Assembly (NCBI GenBank): GCA_038087875.1
Contig: CM075988.1
Span: forward strand, 7,070,001-7,134,000
Reading direction: 5' to 3'
Origin: Malacoraja senta
Taxonomy: Eukaryota
DNA length: 64,000 nt
Positions 49,948-63,700 of the stretch are shown here, in pieces (position 1 is the first letter of the stretch; each line of letters opens with the position of its first letter). Both the position numbers and the translations under genes were made by a program. The notes beneath the pieces are model-generated. The model was given only the letters and a program-made list of their open reading frames with translations. It had not been told where the DNA came from and made no database searches.

Positions 49948-52356
49948 GTAAGAGAATGGTCCTCATTAAACTCCCATTGACCCACTTGTGAATTATAACC
50001 TGCGTTGAATTGCATCTTCCACTGGCTTCACAATTATAGATGATTTGAATGTTTGCAACATCTGTTAGAACCAGAGAGTTAGAACCTTGGATGGTTTAAT
50101 GGTCTGATGGGAACAACATTGTTTGGTTCCCCCTGCCCTTTCTTCCCATTCCCATTTTGCATGCAGTGATGAGGCAGAGCACTGATGCAAAGGAGAAGTG
50201 GTCAGTTCTTGCAGTGGGCTGTCCCGCCAATGTCCCTCCATCCTTCCACCTTCCATCACTGCTAGATGAGAGGGCAGAGAATGGCAACATCTGTATTAGC
50301 ACTGCTGGATGGAGACATAGTCTTGGATGTTCCTCTGGTGGCATGGCGGTAGAGTTGCTGCCTTACAGCGCCAGAGACCCAGGTTCATTCCTGACTATGG
50401 GTGCTGTCTATACGGAGTTAGTATGTACCCCGTGACCTTTGTGTTTTCTCTGGGATATCCAGTTTCCTCCCACACTCCAAAGAGTACAGGTTTGTAGGTT
50501 AATTGGCTTGGTATACTTATAAATTGTTCCTAGTGTGTGTAGTGTTATTGTGCAGTGTGGTTGTCGCTGACTCGGTGGGCTGATGGGCCTGTTTCCGTGC
50601 TGTATATCTAAACTAACCTAAACAGTACAGCAACATGCTCATGTTCCCAGTAATTTTATAATAGGAAACGGTTCTTAACATTTTCCTTTCCAGTTGCTCA
50701 GTTTGGGTAAACGGTGTTTTGCTTTGTAGGGGTTTTATGGGCTATTGTGGGCAACTGGCAACTCCAGGGCAACCAGCCATTGGCAAAATCAGCCATAGGC
50801 ATCCTGATGGGGATCTGAAAACCAGAGGCTTTGTGGGGTAAAGCTGCAGTTTGTGGTCATCCATCACTTGACATTGGCCCTGTAATACTCAAACATGCCT
50901 GACGGAAGCACTTCCACCTGAAGAAAGCACCAGAAGTGTTTTTTGTTTTTTTTAAAGCGACACAGGCAGAAACAGGCGCTTTGGCCTGTCGAGTCTGTGC
51001 CGACCAGCGATCCCCATACACTAACACTATCCTACACACTAGGGACAATTTACAGTTCTTACCAAAGCCAATTAACCTACAAACCTGTACATCTTTGCTT
51101 TCTTCAGGTACGTTTTTAGTATTACAGGGAAAACCTAACTTTGTATCTTTCTCCACAGATACTGCCTGACCTGTTGAGTATTTTGAGCACGTTCTGGTTT
51201 TGATTACAGATTTCTAGCATTTTATAGTATTCTCCAGCATATTGTAGGTGGCACTTCTAGGATGGCAGGATGACTTAATATTTATTCACAATGTTTACAT
51301 GACGTTCCATTGTATGAACTTTTATGAATGAAATGTATTGTGGGGGTGAAGTCTGACCTCTGGTACACTCTGCCCTTGTATGCTGCAGTGTGCAGGAACC
51401 TGTCTCGAGCATGCTAAGGGGCAGAGCAGAGGTCCACACTCATCGATAGAACTGGCAGATAGACTTTAATACAGTCCAATGTAAAACAAAGTGCTGGAGG
51501 AACTCAGTGGGTCGGGCAGCAGCTTTGGTTAAGTTTAGTTTAGAGATATAGCGCGGAAACAAGTCCTGTGGCCCACCGTGTCCACGCCGACCAGCGATGC
51601 CTGTACATAACACGCTATTCTACACACACCAGGGACAATTTACAATTTTACCGCCCATTAACCTGCAAACGTTTATGTCTTTGGGATGTGGGAGGAAACC
51701 GGAGCACCTGAGGGAAAACCCACGCAGGTCACGGGGAGAATGTACAAACTCCGTACGGACAGCACCTGTAGTCAGGATCAAACCTGGTCTATGGCATTGT
51801 AAGGCAGCAACTCTACCGCAGCGCCACTGTGCCACCCGGTGGAAGGAATCGGTAGGAGATGTTTCAGGTCGAGACCCTTCCACAGACTCCAATTCAGAAA
51901 TGAGGTACTGAGTCTGAAGATGGGTCCAGACCCAGAACATCTATCCATTCCCTCCACAGATGCTGCCTGGCCTGCTGAGTTTCTCCCCGATTTTATTTAG
52001 CTTGAGATTCCAGCATCTGCAGTTCCTTGTCCATCAAATCCATGCTCCCCCTGCTGGTCAATAGTACAAATAAATAGTACAATAAATGCTTCAATAGTAC
52101 AAATAAATCTCAAGACAGTGTAAGTCATTTTGCACCTTTTAGACTTTAATTTAGCGATACAGCATGGAAACAGGTCCTTCGGTCCACAGAGGCTGCACCG
52201 ATCAGCATTCACTGTATATTAGCACTATCCAACGCACCAGGGACAATTTACATTTTGACTTAGCTTATTAACTTACAAACCCGTACACCTTTGGAGTGTG
52301 GGAAGAAACTGGAGCACCCGGAGAAAACCCACACAGCCACAGTGAGAACGTACTAA

Positions 52357-54193
52357 AAGGTCTGTCTCACTGTGCGAGTTGACCCACGAGTGACCCCGAG
52401 TGAAAGACTCGTGGTTGCGTACGAGACTACAAGTTTATGATCCAGAGTTTAACCGAGTTCCCATGGGTATGTCTAAGTTTGCCGTTTACTTCTCATTTCT
52501 GCGATGTTCCAAGTTCGTCTCCCGAGAGTACCAAGTTCCTCTCCCGTTAATCTTGAGAGGAATGTATATCGAAGTGTTGAAAAATTATCACATGTTCAAA
52601 AAATGATGTCATGCCAGCCAAAGAACGTAGAGACTATTGTGTTTGCTGCATGTGTTCTGCACAACCTGATCCGTATCAGAGGTGCAGCTTCAGGATCAGC
52701 AACAGCCATGCAGGACGGTGACTTAGTGGACAGTCAAACAGGGAGAATAACACTAGGTGCATGGAGGAGTGGTACAAACGACGAGACTTTGGTGCGACTG
52801 CAGTGTTTTCGAGGTAACACGGGGACCAACAGTGCAAAAGAGCAGAGAGACCATCTCTGCTCCTACTATAATTCAGAATTGGGCAGTGTGCCGTGGCAGG
52901 ACAGCTTATTTTGAGCGGCTGCCGACCACAGGTACATCACTGCATGAGGAGAGCCCACATACAGAAAAATCCAGTTAATTTCATGTTTAGTTTAAATCCT
53001 GCTGACTTTTCATTGTTTAACTTTAAGTGTGGATTTTATTTTTTATTGTGGTGTAAAAGTAATTTCATTGCATCTGTCTTTCCTTTAAAACGTGGTTATC
53101 ATGCATCTGCTTATCTGATTGTAGATCTCAAAACTTGTCATTTAGCGCATTGCATTGTATCTTTTATTGCCTGAATTTAGACTAGTGCATTTCTCAGCTG
53201 AATTAGTATATAGTGGAAATACTTTTATTTGTGCTTCATTTGTTGATTTTCATGTATGAGAAGCCCTTTTTCAGACCACTGTGTTGTTTGCTGTGGTGCT
53301 TCACCGTGATATGGGTTTGCAGGAAATTACGCATATTTCTCAATATGCGCAAAAAAGCGTTTTTTATATTGAACAAGAATAAAGACTTTGTTTCACATTC
53401 AAGATATTTGTTTCACATAAGACTTTGTCTTATGTTCTGATCTACTGAGAGGTGACAATTTTAAACATTTAAAAAGCACAGCATATGAGGCAGCTGTCCT
53501 TAAATCTCACAAATGATTGTGAGAATCAAGATGTGAATATATTTTGCCTTCCTCTATTATGTGTTTTATGATGAAAGGAATATTACATTCAAGTCATGAG
53601 ACTTTGTAGTGATATTAAAATGAAGATTTCCAGGCATCAATTTGATCTTGATAGCAAATAACTCTCTTTTATTGTGCAATGAAGTAAACAAACAGTGAGA
53701 ATCAAACGGATCAGCAAAAAGCTTTTCAACACAACACAAATTTATATATAAACTTCAAGCAATTTTTTTCTTTTCAACCCACTCTGTCACCTTATCAATA
53801 ACTTGCTTAACTTTGTTAAGCAGAATTTGTCTTTAAAAAGTCTAAGTAACTGATATTTCTGTCCCTGATTATTGTTTCTAAAAAGAGTTCCCACGGTAGA
53901 ATCACGAGTCACAAAGTTAAACGCACGGGCCACTAGGTTCTTACAACGAGTTTAAAATGTTTCAAATTTTAACCACAAGAGTACATTTTACTCGTGGAAA
54001 AGTACAAACATGTTTGAACTTTTGCAAGAGTTAACAAGTTTCACGTGTACCTCCCGTTAGCGCCAAGAGTCGCTAAGTTGCGTCCACGAGTTTCAAAGTT
54101 CCCGCTACGTTAATTGTACGTGATTACCACGAGTTAAATTTGTTTTAAACTCGGGGTCACTCGTGGGTCAACTCGCACAGTGAGACAGCCCTT
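52357..54193 (+). mobile_element. Non-autonomous PIF/Harbinger DNA transposon (deletion derivative) retaining the transposase C-terminus
   Basis: 45-bp TIRs with 1 mismatch; TAA TSD at 52354-52356 and 54194-54196; ORF tail IVFAACVLHNLIR...RDHLCSYYNS..GSVPWQ at ~52604-52914. Confidence 0.92.
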
Positions 54194-54261
54194 TAACTCT
54201 GTACAGACAGCACCCAGAGTCAGGATCAAACCCAAGTCTCTGGCGCTGCAAGGCAACAACT

Positions 54262-54394
54262 TGGGCTCTTAAAAATAGTGGAGTCAGGGGATATGGGGAG
54301 AAGGCAGGAATGGGGTACTGATTGGGGATGATCAACCATGATCACATTGAATGGCTCGAAGGGCCGAATGGCCTACTCCTGCACCTATTGTCTA
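54262..54394 (+). mobile_element. CR1 3' terminal fragment inserted into a SINE head
   Basis: Nearly identical to 57925-58067; splits the SINE sequence ggcaacaact|ctaccgtggtgccacc. Confidence 0.8.
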
Positions 54395-55226
54395 CCGTGG
54401 TGCCACCCGTGTTGTCCAAGTAAATTCATAACCTCTGGATTTTAAGTTGAGATCTTACCTGGAAACAGTAAAATCTGTATACTTTTTCCAGAAGTGCTTC
54501 TTTATAAAAAACATAATATCCTAGCTTTTTGATGGTGGCACACCATTTGGTGTGTTCAGATGCACAGCTGATACTCCTGATATGTTCTGAGATTAATGCT
54601 TTCTGCTCGGAGAGCTGTGGGTGTGCAGTGCTCACATGGTTCGGCGAACGGGTGTCAAAAGTCCATTCAGTCACCCAGTCTGCACGATGACCCATGCTTG
54701 AACTTCCTGCTGTTTCGTTCCAGAGTTGAAACCAGGTCCCACATCAGGCATAGCGAGCAGCCAAAAAGATCAAACATGTGTACCATATCCCAGGAAAGGT
54801 CAGTCCTTTTCACAGAGGATAAGAGAAATACTTTTACAGAGAAAGTAGAAGATATGGCTTTATGGAGAAGGACGAAAGACATTGTGCACTTGTATCGAAA
54901 AGTGTCGGGCGGTGCGGTGGCATAGCGGTAGAGCTACTGCCTTACAGCGCCAGAGACCCGGGTTCGATCCTGACTATGGGTACTTGTCCTTACGGAGTTT
55001 TTACACTCCTCCATGACTTGCATGGGTTTTCTCCATGATCTTCAGTTTCTCCTCCGCTCCAAAGATGTACAGGTGTGTAATTGGCTTGGTGTAAATGTAA
55101 AATTGTTGGTTGGCGTGGACCCGGTGGGCCGAAGGGCCTGTTTCTGTGCTGTATCTCTAAACTAAACTGAACTACTGTACATTTACCAGTAATTCCTCAT
55201 GAGATTTTTCCTCTTTTGTGTTCCAG

Positions 55227-55242
55227 ATTTAAGGAGATCTGA
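55227..55242 (+). CDS. SLC37A2: SLC37A2 terminal coding exon 18 (G-FKEI-stop)
   Basis: Acceptor ttttgtgttccag| followed by A TTT AAG GAG ATC TGA; parallels mammalian GYKEI-stop. Confidence 0.88.
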
Positions 55243-55544
55243 CTGAGAAGATCATAAAAGAAACCTTGGAAATTCAATTTGTCGATTAATTCTGTTTTGC
55301 GTCAAAGATCTGTACCTGGTTCCATCGGTGTGTGGGAGAAAAGTGTCAAAGGGAAGAATAAAGGGTCTCTTTAATGTTTTGATTCTTTCCCAGAGCCGTA
55401 GCTCAGAGATTAAAGTCAGACCTGCCTTTTATGAATCTGTCAGCTAAATCTTAGCCACTCACGTTGACTGAAGTTGGCCTGCTAATTTATGGTGAAATGG
55501 TTTACATTGAGGGAGCACAGTCTGTGTCTGATGTACTGTCTTTT

Positions 55545-55550
55545 AATAAA
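55545..55550 (+). terminator. Candidate polyadenylation signal AATAAA (another at 55357-55362)
   Basis: Canonical hexamers 115 and 303 nt after the stop codon in non-repetitive AT-rich sequence. Confidence 0.45.
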
Positions 55551-56490
55551 TATGTACACCATTTGTATAATTGTTTCCAAGAGGAATAGTTCTTTAAAAA
55601 AAAAAATAGCTTCAAAAATCATACACAAATCAATCTGTTTTCCTTCCGTGTTAGTTTAATTCATATTTATTTGGTGCTTTTCGTTTCTTGTTGGTTAACC
55701 TTTTGCACTGTAGGCAGAACATGATCTTGGACAGGCGTCAAAGTTAATTCACTTTATGTGTGTGTGTCACACAGAATAAGATGACATGTTACTCACTAAT
55801 GGTGCCATCTTCTAATGGTTCTTGCATCTTCATTTAAAATGGTGGTTATAGTGGGAAGGGCAGGGGGTAGTCTTCATTGTGGTTGTACCAGAGTGCTTCA
55901 CCATTTATCCTTTGCACTTTGGGCTAATGCCCTTCCTAGCCAGCGCTCAGAAAACCTGCTGGGCAGCACAGGCGAACTGTGCTTCAATTCTATTGAGACT
56001 CTCTACATTGAGATTTTATGGAATAATATTCCATAAAACCTGGAGTATTATGTTTATATTACATTAGGCTTCATTGGTGGTGCAGGGAGTGTGATGAGGG
56101 TTTACCAGATTGCTTCCTGGGATGTTTAGTTTGGAGATACAGCATGGAAACAGGCCCTTTGGCCCATCAGGTCTGCGCAGACCAGCGATCCCCACACATT
56201 AACAGTATCCTAGACACACTAAGGACAATGTTTTTACATTTATACCAAGCCAATTTACCTACATACCTGTACGCCTTGTGGGAGGAAACACAAGGGAGTG
56301 TGGGAGGAAACCGAAGATCTCTGAGAAAACCCACGCGGTCACGGGGAGAACGTACAAACTCCGTGCAGACAGCACCCGTAGTCGGGATCGACCCCGGGTC
56401 TCCGGCGCTGCAAGCACTGTAATTCAGCAACTCTACCGCTGCGCCACCCTGAGTCTAGGTGGGAGGGAGGAGGAGACAGTGGAGAGAATA

Positions 56491-58067
56491 GATATCCACA
56501 TTAGGCAGAAAATGGTGTTGGGTAGACTGATGGGACTGAAGGCTGATAAATCCCCAGGGCCTGGTGGTCTGCATCCCAGGGTACTTAAGGAAGTGGCTCT
56601 AGAAATCGTGGATGCATTGGTGAAAATTTTCCAATGTTCTATAGACTCAGGATCAGTTCCTGTGGATTGGAGGATAGTTAATGTTATCCCACTTTTTAAG
56701 AAAGGCGGGAGAGAGAAAACAGGGACTTATAGACCAGTTAGCCTGACATCGGTGGTGGTGAAGATGCTGGAGTCAATTATAAAAGATGAAATAGCCACAC
56801 ATTTGGATAGCAGTAACAGGATTGATCTGAGTCGGCATGGATTTACGAAGGGGAAATCATGCTTGACTAATCTTCTGGAATTTTTGAGGATGTAACTAGG
56901 AAAATGGACAAGGGAGAGCCAGTGGATGTAGTGTACCTGGACTTTTAGAAAGCATTTGATAAGGTCCCACATAGGAGATTAGTGGGCAAAATTAGGGCAC
57001 ATGTTATTGGGGGTAGAGTGCTGACATGTATAGAAAATTAGTTGGCAGACAGGAAACAAAGAGTAGGGATTACCAGGTCCCTTTCAGAATGGCAGGCAGT
57101 GACTAGTGGGGTACCGCAAGGCTCGGTGCTGGGACCGCAGCTATTTACAATATACATCAATAATTTGGATGAAGGGATTCAAAGTAACATTGGCAAATTT
57201 GCAGATGACAAAAAGCTGGGTGGCAGTGTGAACTGTGAGGAGGATTCTATGAGAATGCACGGTGACTTGGACAGGTTGGGGGAGTGGGCAGATGCATGAC
57301 AGATGAATTTAATGTGGATAAATGTGAGGTTATCCACTTTGGTAGCAAAAACAACGGGATCTGGGTGTCCTTGTACATCAGTCTATGAAAGTAAGCATGC
57401 AGGTACAGCAGGCAGTGAAGAAAGCGAATGGCATGTTGGCCTCCATAACGAGAGGAGTTGAGTATAGGAGCAAAGTGGTCCTTCTGCAGTTGTACAGGGC
57501 CCTAGTGAGACCACACCTGGAGTATTGTGTGCAGTTTTGGTCCCCTAATTTGAGGAAGGACATTCTTGTTATTGAGGGAGTGCAGTGTAGGTTTACAAGG
57601 TTAATTCCCGGGATGGCGATACTGTCATATGCTGAGAGAATGGAGCGGCTGGGCTTGTACACTCTGGAGTTTAGAAGGATGAGAGAGGATCTTATTAAAA
57701 CATATAAGATTGTTAAGGGTTTGGACACGCTGGAGGCAGGAAACATGTTCCCGATGTTGGGGGAGTCCAGAACCAGGGGCCACAGTTTAAGAATAAGTGG
57801 TAAGCCATTTAGAACAGAGACGAGGAAACACTTTTTCTCACAGAGAGTTGTGAGTCTGTGGAATTCTCTGCCTCAGAGAGCGGTGGAGGCCGGTTCTCTG
57901 GATACTTTCAAGAGAGCACTAGATAGGGCTCTTAAAGATAGCGGAGTCAGGGGATATGGGGAGAAGGCAGGAACGGGGTACTGATTGGGGATGATCAGCC
58001 ATGATCACATTGAATGGCGGTGCTGGCTCAAAGGGCTGAATGGCCTACTCCTGCACCTATTGTCTAT
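56491..58067 (+). mobile_element. CR1 LINE fragment covering the RT domain, with stops, a frameshift and a short deletion
   Basis: KSPGPGGLHPRVLKE, YRPVSLTS, SGVPQGSVLGP, KFADD; tail ctattgtctat. Confidence 0.95.
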
Positions 58068-59989
58068 AGACTGGGCCTGTGCTCATGATTTTAGAAAAAT
58101 TAGGTGATCTAATTTTCACTTACAAAACTCTTGAGGGACATCAGGGTAGATATTTCCACTGGCTGGCGTTGACTATTACCGAGGGCCATAGTCTCAAAAG
58201 AAGGGATCAGGACTGAGATTATTATTTTTTTGGCACGGGAGGTATTAATCTTCATAAATCTCTCCCCAAGAGGGCTGTGCAGTTCATTTGCAGAACCAAG
58301 ATTTCAAAACCAAGATTAATAGGTGTTTGGATATTAAGGGATTTTGAGAATGGTGCAGGGAACTGTGGTTTAGTTTAGTGATACAGCGCGGAAACAGGCC
58401 CTTCAGCCCACCGTGTCCGCACTGACCAGCGATCCCATCACACTTACACCATCCTACACACACTGACCAAGCCAATTAGCCTACAAACCTGTACATTTTT
58501 GGAGTGTGGGAGGAAATCGGAGCACCCGGAGAAAACCCGAGCAGATTGCGGGGAGAATGTACAAACTCCATATAGACAGCACCCGTAGTCAGGATCGATC
58601 CTGGGTTTCTAGCGCTGTTAGACAGCAACTGTGCCGTGCTGCCCTACGTGCTGAGGCTGAAGATCAGCAAGGATATTATTGAATCATGATTTTAGCACAA
58701 ATGGTCATTGGGCGAGTACAGAATTTGACATTCATGTTAATACTATGTGATGGTCTTTATCTTTAGCTGAGCTGATAAGCTACCAGCTCAGCAGCACTAA
58801 ACCACAGCCTCCTGCCAGCCTTCACATCTTCCTGCTAGAAAGGAATGAACAGAAGGAACTGTACTGTTCTCCAATCTTTGGCACACACTCTCTTCACTGT
58901 TCCGCTGGATAAAAGGTCTTTGGTACTAATGGCCCAACATTGGGGAATTGGAGAGAAGGCCATGGCTAAGTTTTGTGTGTCAATACTGTCAACATTCCTA
59001 TTATTAATATGTGGGGGGAAAAAGCTTTGAATTAGATTTCACAGCATTGACATCTCCAAGCTCTGACCAGTCATTGAAACATTTTTGAAGAGTTTGTCAT
59101 GCAAGATTTGGCGGCACAGTAGCGCAGCAGTAGAGTTGCTGCCTTACAGCGCCAGGCAGAGACCCAGACTGTGTTCACCGCCACGTTCCTACAACAAGAA
59201 GGTGCCGGGAAGCCGGGGCTTGCACCAAGAACCGGTTGGAAGAAAACGGACGGCACGGTGGCGCAGCGGTAGAGTTGCTGCCTTACAGCGCTAGGGACCC
59301 AGGTTCGATGCTGACTACGGGTGCTGTCTGTACGGAGTTCGTATGTTCTCCCTGTGACTGCGTGGGTTTTCCCCGGTTTCCTCCTACATTCCAAATACAT
59401 GCAGGTTTATAGGTTAATTGGCTTCTATAAATTGTCCATAGTGTGTAGCTTAGAACTAGTATACAAATGATATTTGGTTGGAGTGGACTCTGTGGGCTGA
59501 TGGGCCTGTTCCATGTTGTATCTCTAAACTAAACTAATTAGAAGTAATCTTGAAGGTGACGTTTCGGGTCAAAACTTCTTCAGGTCGCCTATTACTTCAA
59601 TCCATAGATGCTGCCTCACCCGCTGAGTTTCTCCAGCATTTTTGTCTACCTTGTATTTTTCCTGCATCTGCAGTTCTTTCTTAAACAGAAGAAATCTTGA
59701 GGTAGGGTGGTGCGTATATGGAAAGGGCTGCCGGAGGAGGTAATGGAGGCAGGGGCTATAACAACATGTAAAAAACATTTGGACAGGTACATGGATAGGA
59801 AAGGTTTGTTTTGCTTCCACTGTACTTTTGGGAAAGTGAGTTCCAAAGACCTAACAACACTCCTGAGAGCAAAAGCTCGTCTTCAATGGGTGGTTCCTTA
59901 TTTTTAAACAGTGACTTCTCGTTCTAGATTATTCTGTAAACCGCGTTTAATCTCTGTCTCAAGGAGCAGTTTAGTGTTGCCTGTGTTAT

Positions 59990-60770
59990 ACATAGATACA
60001 TAGAAAATAGGTGCAGGAGTAGGCCATTCAGCCCTTCGAGCCTGCACTGCCATTCAATATGATCATGGCTGATCATCCAACTCAGTATCCCGTACCTGCC
60101 TTCTCTCCATACCCCCTGATCCCTTTAACCACAAGGGCCACATCTAACTCCCTCTTAAATATAGCCAATGAACTGGCCTCAACTACCCTCTGTGGCAGAG
60201 AGTTCCAGAGATTCACCACTCTCTGTGTGAATTTTTTTTTTCTCATCTCGGTCTTAAAGGATTTCCCCCTTATCCTTACGCTGTGACCCCTTGTCCTGGA
60301 CTTCCCCAACATCGGGAACAATCTTCCTGCATCTAGCCTGTCCAACCCCATAAGAATTTTGTAAGTTTCTATAAGATCCCCTCTCAATCTCCTAAATTCT
60401 AGCGAGTATAAGCCGAGTCTATCCAGTCTTTCTTCATATGAAAGTCCTGACATCCCAGGAATCAGTCTGGTGAACCTTCTCTGCACTCCCTCTATGGCAA
60501 TAATGTCCTTCCTCAGATTTGGAGACCAAAACTGTATGCAATACTCCAGGTGTGGTCTCACCAAGACCCTGTACAACTGCAGTAGAACCTCCCTGCTCCT
60601 ATACTCAAATCCTTTTGCTATGAAAGCTAACATACCATTCGCTTTCTTCACTTCCTGCTGCACCTGCATGCCTACTTTCAATGACTGGTGTACCATGACA
60701 CCCAGGTCTCGCTGCATCTCCCCTTTTCCTAATCGGCCACCATTTAGATAATAGTCTGCTTTCCTGTTTT
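59990..60770 (-). mobile_element. Young CR1 LINE 3' part, same subfamily as 6850-7961
   Basis: 211-aa open frame nearly identical to the 6822 ORF C-terminus; cut at 60770 by the Rex element tail. Confidence 0.95.
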
Positions 60771-63700
60771 CAATTCAATTCAATTCAAAGCACTTTATTC
60801 GTCCCCGAGGGGCAATTTAAAAGGGCGCATTACAGTAGCTTTTAAAAAAAAGGGACACAATCAACAAACATAAGCAGCACGCATACTGCACAATCAACCA
60901 ACACACGCATTTCACAGACACACTGCACAATCACACAACACACACAGCACATCAACATTCAGCACATAGTAATAGTTTTCAACACATAGTAATAGTTTTT
61001 AAAGTGCTTCCTTAGTGCTTCAATTAAAAAGTGCATATAGAAGGTTATTTCATTTCATGTGTTCATGAGTCAGTGATCAGCATTAAGAAGCTGGACAGCC
61101 CTGGGGATGGAGGTTGCCTTCCTCCTCTGTGTCCGGCAACCCGGACAGCGAAGTCTGCGTCCTGAGGGGAGCCACTCAAACTCAGGAAACAGGATGTGAG
61201 AGGGGTCCTGAAGAATCCTGCGTGTTAACTTTACAGACTGTTGGTCGCATAGGGCAGTGAGAGTTCGGACGGGCTGCTCAGTGATTTTTGAGCAGACCTT
61301 GACCACATTCAACAGGCGGTTTCTGTTTTGCAGGGTGATGGAGTGGAACCAGCTAGTGAAAGAGAAAGTTATTACATTTTCAATGAATGCATAGTAGAAT
61401 GTGGTGAGAATGTCTTTGTTAATCCCAAATGACTTCAGCTTCCTGAGTAGGTACTGTCTCTGATGGCACTTTTTAAGGATTTCCTCTGTGTTAGAGGAAA
61501 ACCTTAGCAGGTTGTCGAAGGCTGTTCCCAGGTATTTGTATACCTCCACTATCTCCACTGGCTCCTGCTGGATGATAGTGGTGGCTGCCTCAGCCATCTG
61601 TCTCTGTTGGGGGGAAAAGGTCACAATCATGTCCTTGGTTTTGCTTATATTTAGCTCAAGACAAGACTTTTCACTCCATACTATAAAGTCCTGCAGGGTT
61701 GAGCTGTGATGTTGTGTATGGCTGGGAAGCAGAGACAGGAGGACTGTGTCATCAGCAAATTTTACAAAGTGACAGTTTGGCTGGGTGGATCTGCAGTCAT
61801 CAGTGTAGAGAATGAAGAAAAGTGGGGAGAGGACACAGCCTTGTGGAGAGCCAGTGAAGGTGAAGAGGGTGTCGGACAAGGTATGGTTCACCAACACCCT
61901 CTGTGATCTGTTGGTGAGGAAGTCTATAATCCACAGAGTGAGTTGGTGGTTGAGGTGGAAGCGGGTGATGAGCTTCTCAGCCCAAATATGTGGCTGCATG
62001 GTGTTGAATGCTGATGAGAAGTCTGCAAACAGAAGTCTGGCTGTGGTCTTGGGGATTTCCAGATGCTTATGGATGGTGTTTAAGATGAATATTCTTGCGT
62101 CATCGACACCCCTGCCAGCCTGGTAAGCAAACTGCAATGGATCCATCATCGAGCCAGTTGCCTTGGTGATGTGCTCCTTGATGATCCTCTCCATGGCCTT
62201 CATGACCAGGGAGGTGAGAGCCACCGGTCTAAGGTGATTCAGGACCTTGGTGGTGCCCTTCTTTGGGATGGGAATCACTGTTGAGTTTTTCCACATCGCA
62301 GGGACTGTGCTGCTGGTCAAAGAGCCCTGGAACAGATGCTGGAACACACCTCCCAGCTGCTCAGCACAGTGCCATAGGGTCCGCCCACAGATGTTGTCTG
62401 GCCCTGGAGCTGTGTTCTTTTTTAGTCCTTTTGAGGGCTCTCACCACCTCTGATGTGTTGATGTTGAGGCCGGAGTCATCAGGTCTGAGTGTGGAGACGA
62501 TTGATTCTAGCTGGGTGCTGTTGTCCTTTTCAAATCTGGTATAGAAGGAGTTGAGATCATTCAGGAGTGAAGTGAAGCTGCTTCCTGCTACCTGAATGGG
62601 CTTGCGGCTGGTAGAGACAGAGTTCGCTGCTGCCATGTTCTTGAGGCCCTGCCAAGCCGCACGGAGGTTCCCTTTTCCAAAGGTCTGCTCCACTTTGTTC
62701 TTGTATTTCAGCTTGGCAATTTATATGGCCCGCTTGACCTCTCTGTTTACCTCCTTCTTCTCAGCTACAGAACCGGTAAAAAATGTTCTCTTTTTCTTAT
62801 TCAATATGTTTTTTAGATCTTTAGTCACCCAGGGTTTATTGTTAGGGAAGATTGTGACCTTCTTGGAGGGGATAATATTGTCTACACAGAAAGTGATGTA
62901 TGCTGAGACTGTATCCGCTTGCTCACTGGTGTTGGTGGAGGAGGATGTGAGGGTATTCCAGTCTGTGGTTTCAAAACACCCTTGAAGCCTGTCAATACTG
63001 TCCGGTGTCCACTGTTTGATGTCCTTGATGACTTTCTCTGTTCTCTTTACCACAGGTGTGTAGGCAGGAGCGAGCAGTATGCTGCTGTGGTCAGCAGAGC
63101 CTAGGGGAGGGAGGGAGACGGCTCTGTAGGCTTCTGGGACTGACCCATAGCATTTGTCCAGTGATTTCCCTAGACGGGTGGTGCAATTGACATACTGGTA
63201 GAATCCTTTAAGTGACTTGTCAATGGAACAGTGAATGAAGTCACCCATGATGAATTTGGGGGCGTCCGGAGATATCAGTTCGAGTCTGTTGAGCATATTT
63301 CTTATATGTTCCGTAGCAGTGGATGCATTTGCTCTGGGGTGGATATAAACCAGAATGAAAAACAGTTGTGGGAATTCCCTGGGAAGGTAGAAGGGACGCA
63401 GGGAGACAGCCAAGAGTTCAATGTCAGGGTTGCACAGTTCTTCTCTGACAACAACTGTTTTGCACCAGCGTGGATTGATGTAGAGGCAGACACCACCGCT
63501 ATGGTGCTTGCCAGTCAGTTCAGTATCACGGTCTAACCTTACAGGAGACCCGAAGCCATCTATGTGCATGCTGTCACTGTTGTCACTCCCAGTCAGCCAT
63601 GTTTCAGTGAAAGCAAGAATGGAAGCAGTCCGGTATTCATACATGTGAAAAACGTTAGCTTGCAGTTCATCAGTCTTGTTACGCAATGAGCGCACATTAG

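Larger units (their letters stand above)
687..55242 (+). other. SLC37A2: SLC37A2 gene span (glucose-6-phosphate/phosphate exchanger, MFS OPA family), 18 coding exons, 496 aa
   Basis: Exon lengths 59+82+91+79+136+77+167+38+147+91+63+86+49+74+79+92+65+16 = 1491 nt. The frame stays open, phases are compatible and all introns are GT-AG. The protein is collinear with vertebrate SLC37A2 as recalled (SRKPISIVK, GERLPLRYYL, WNSHTSVGNILG, NGPYALITTAV, AIIDGTGSIG). The termini MRS...RDSW and RLVYKEI...GFKEI favour A2 over A1/A3. Confidence 0.93.

Noticed and set aside
52504..52914. Domesticated HARBI1-like gene
   Set aside because: Only the transposase C-terminus is present, inside intact TIRs and TSD; the catalytic DDE region is deleted.
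687..55242. Assignment as SLC37A1 or SLC37A3
   Set aside because: The N-terminus, the three-sequon luminal loop and the RLVYKEI...G(F/Y)KEI tail match SLC37A2 better; a phylogeny would confirm.
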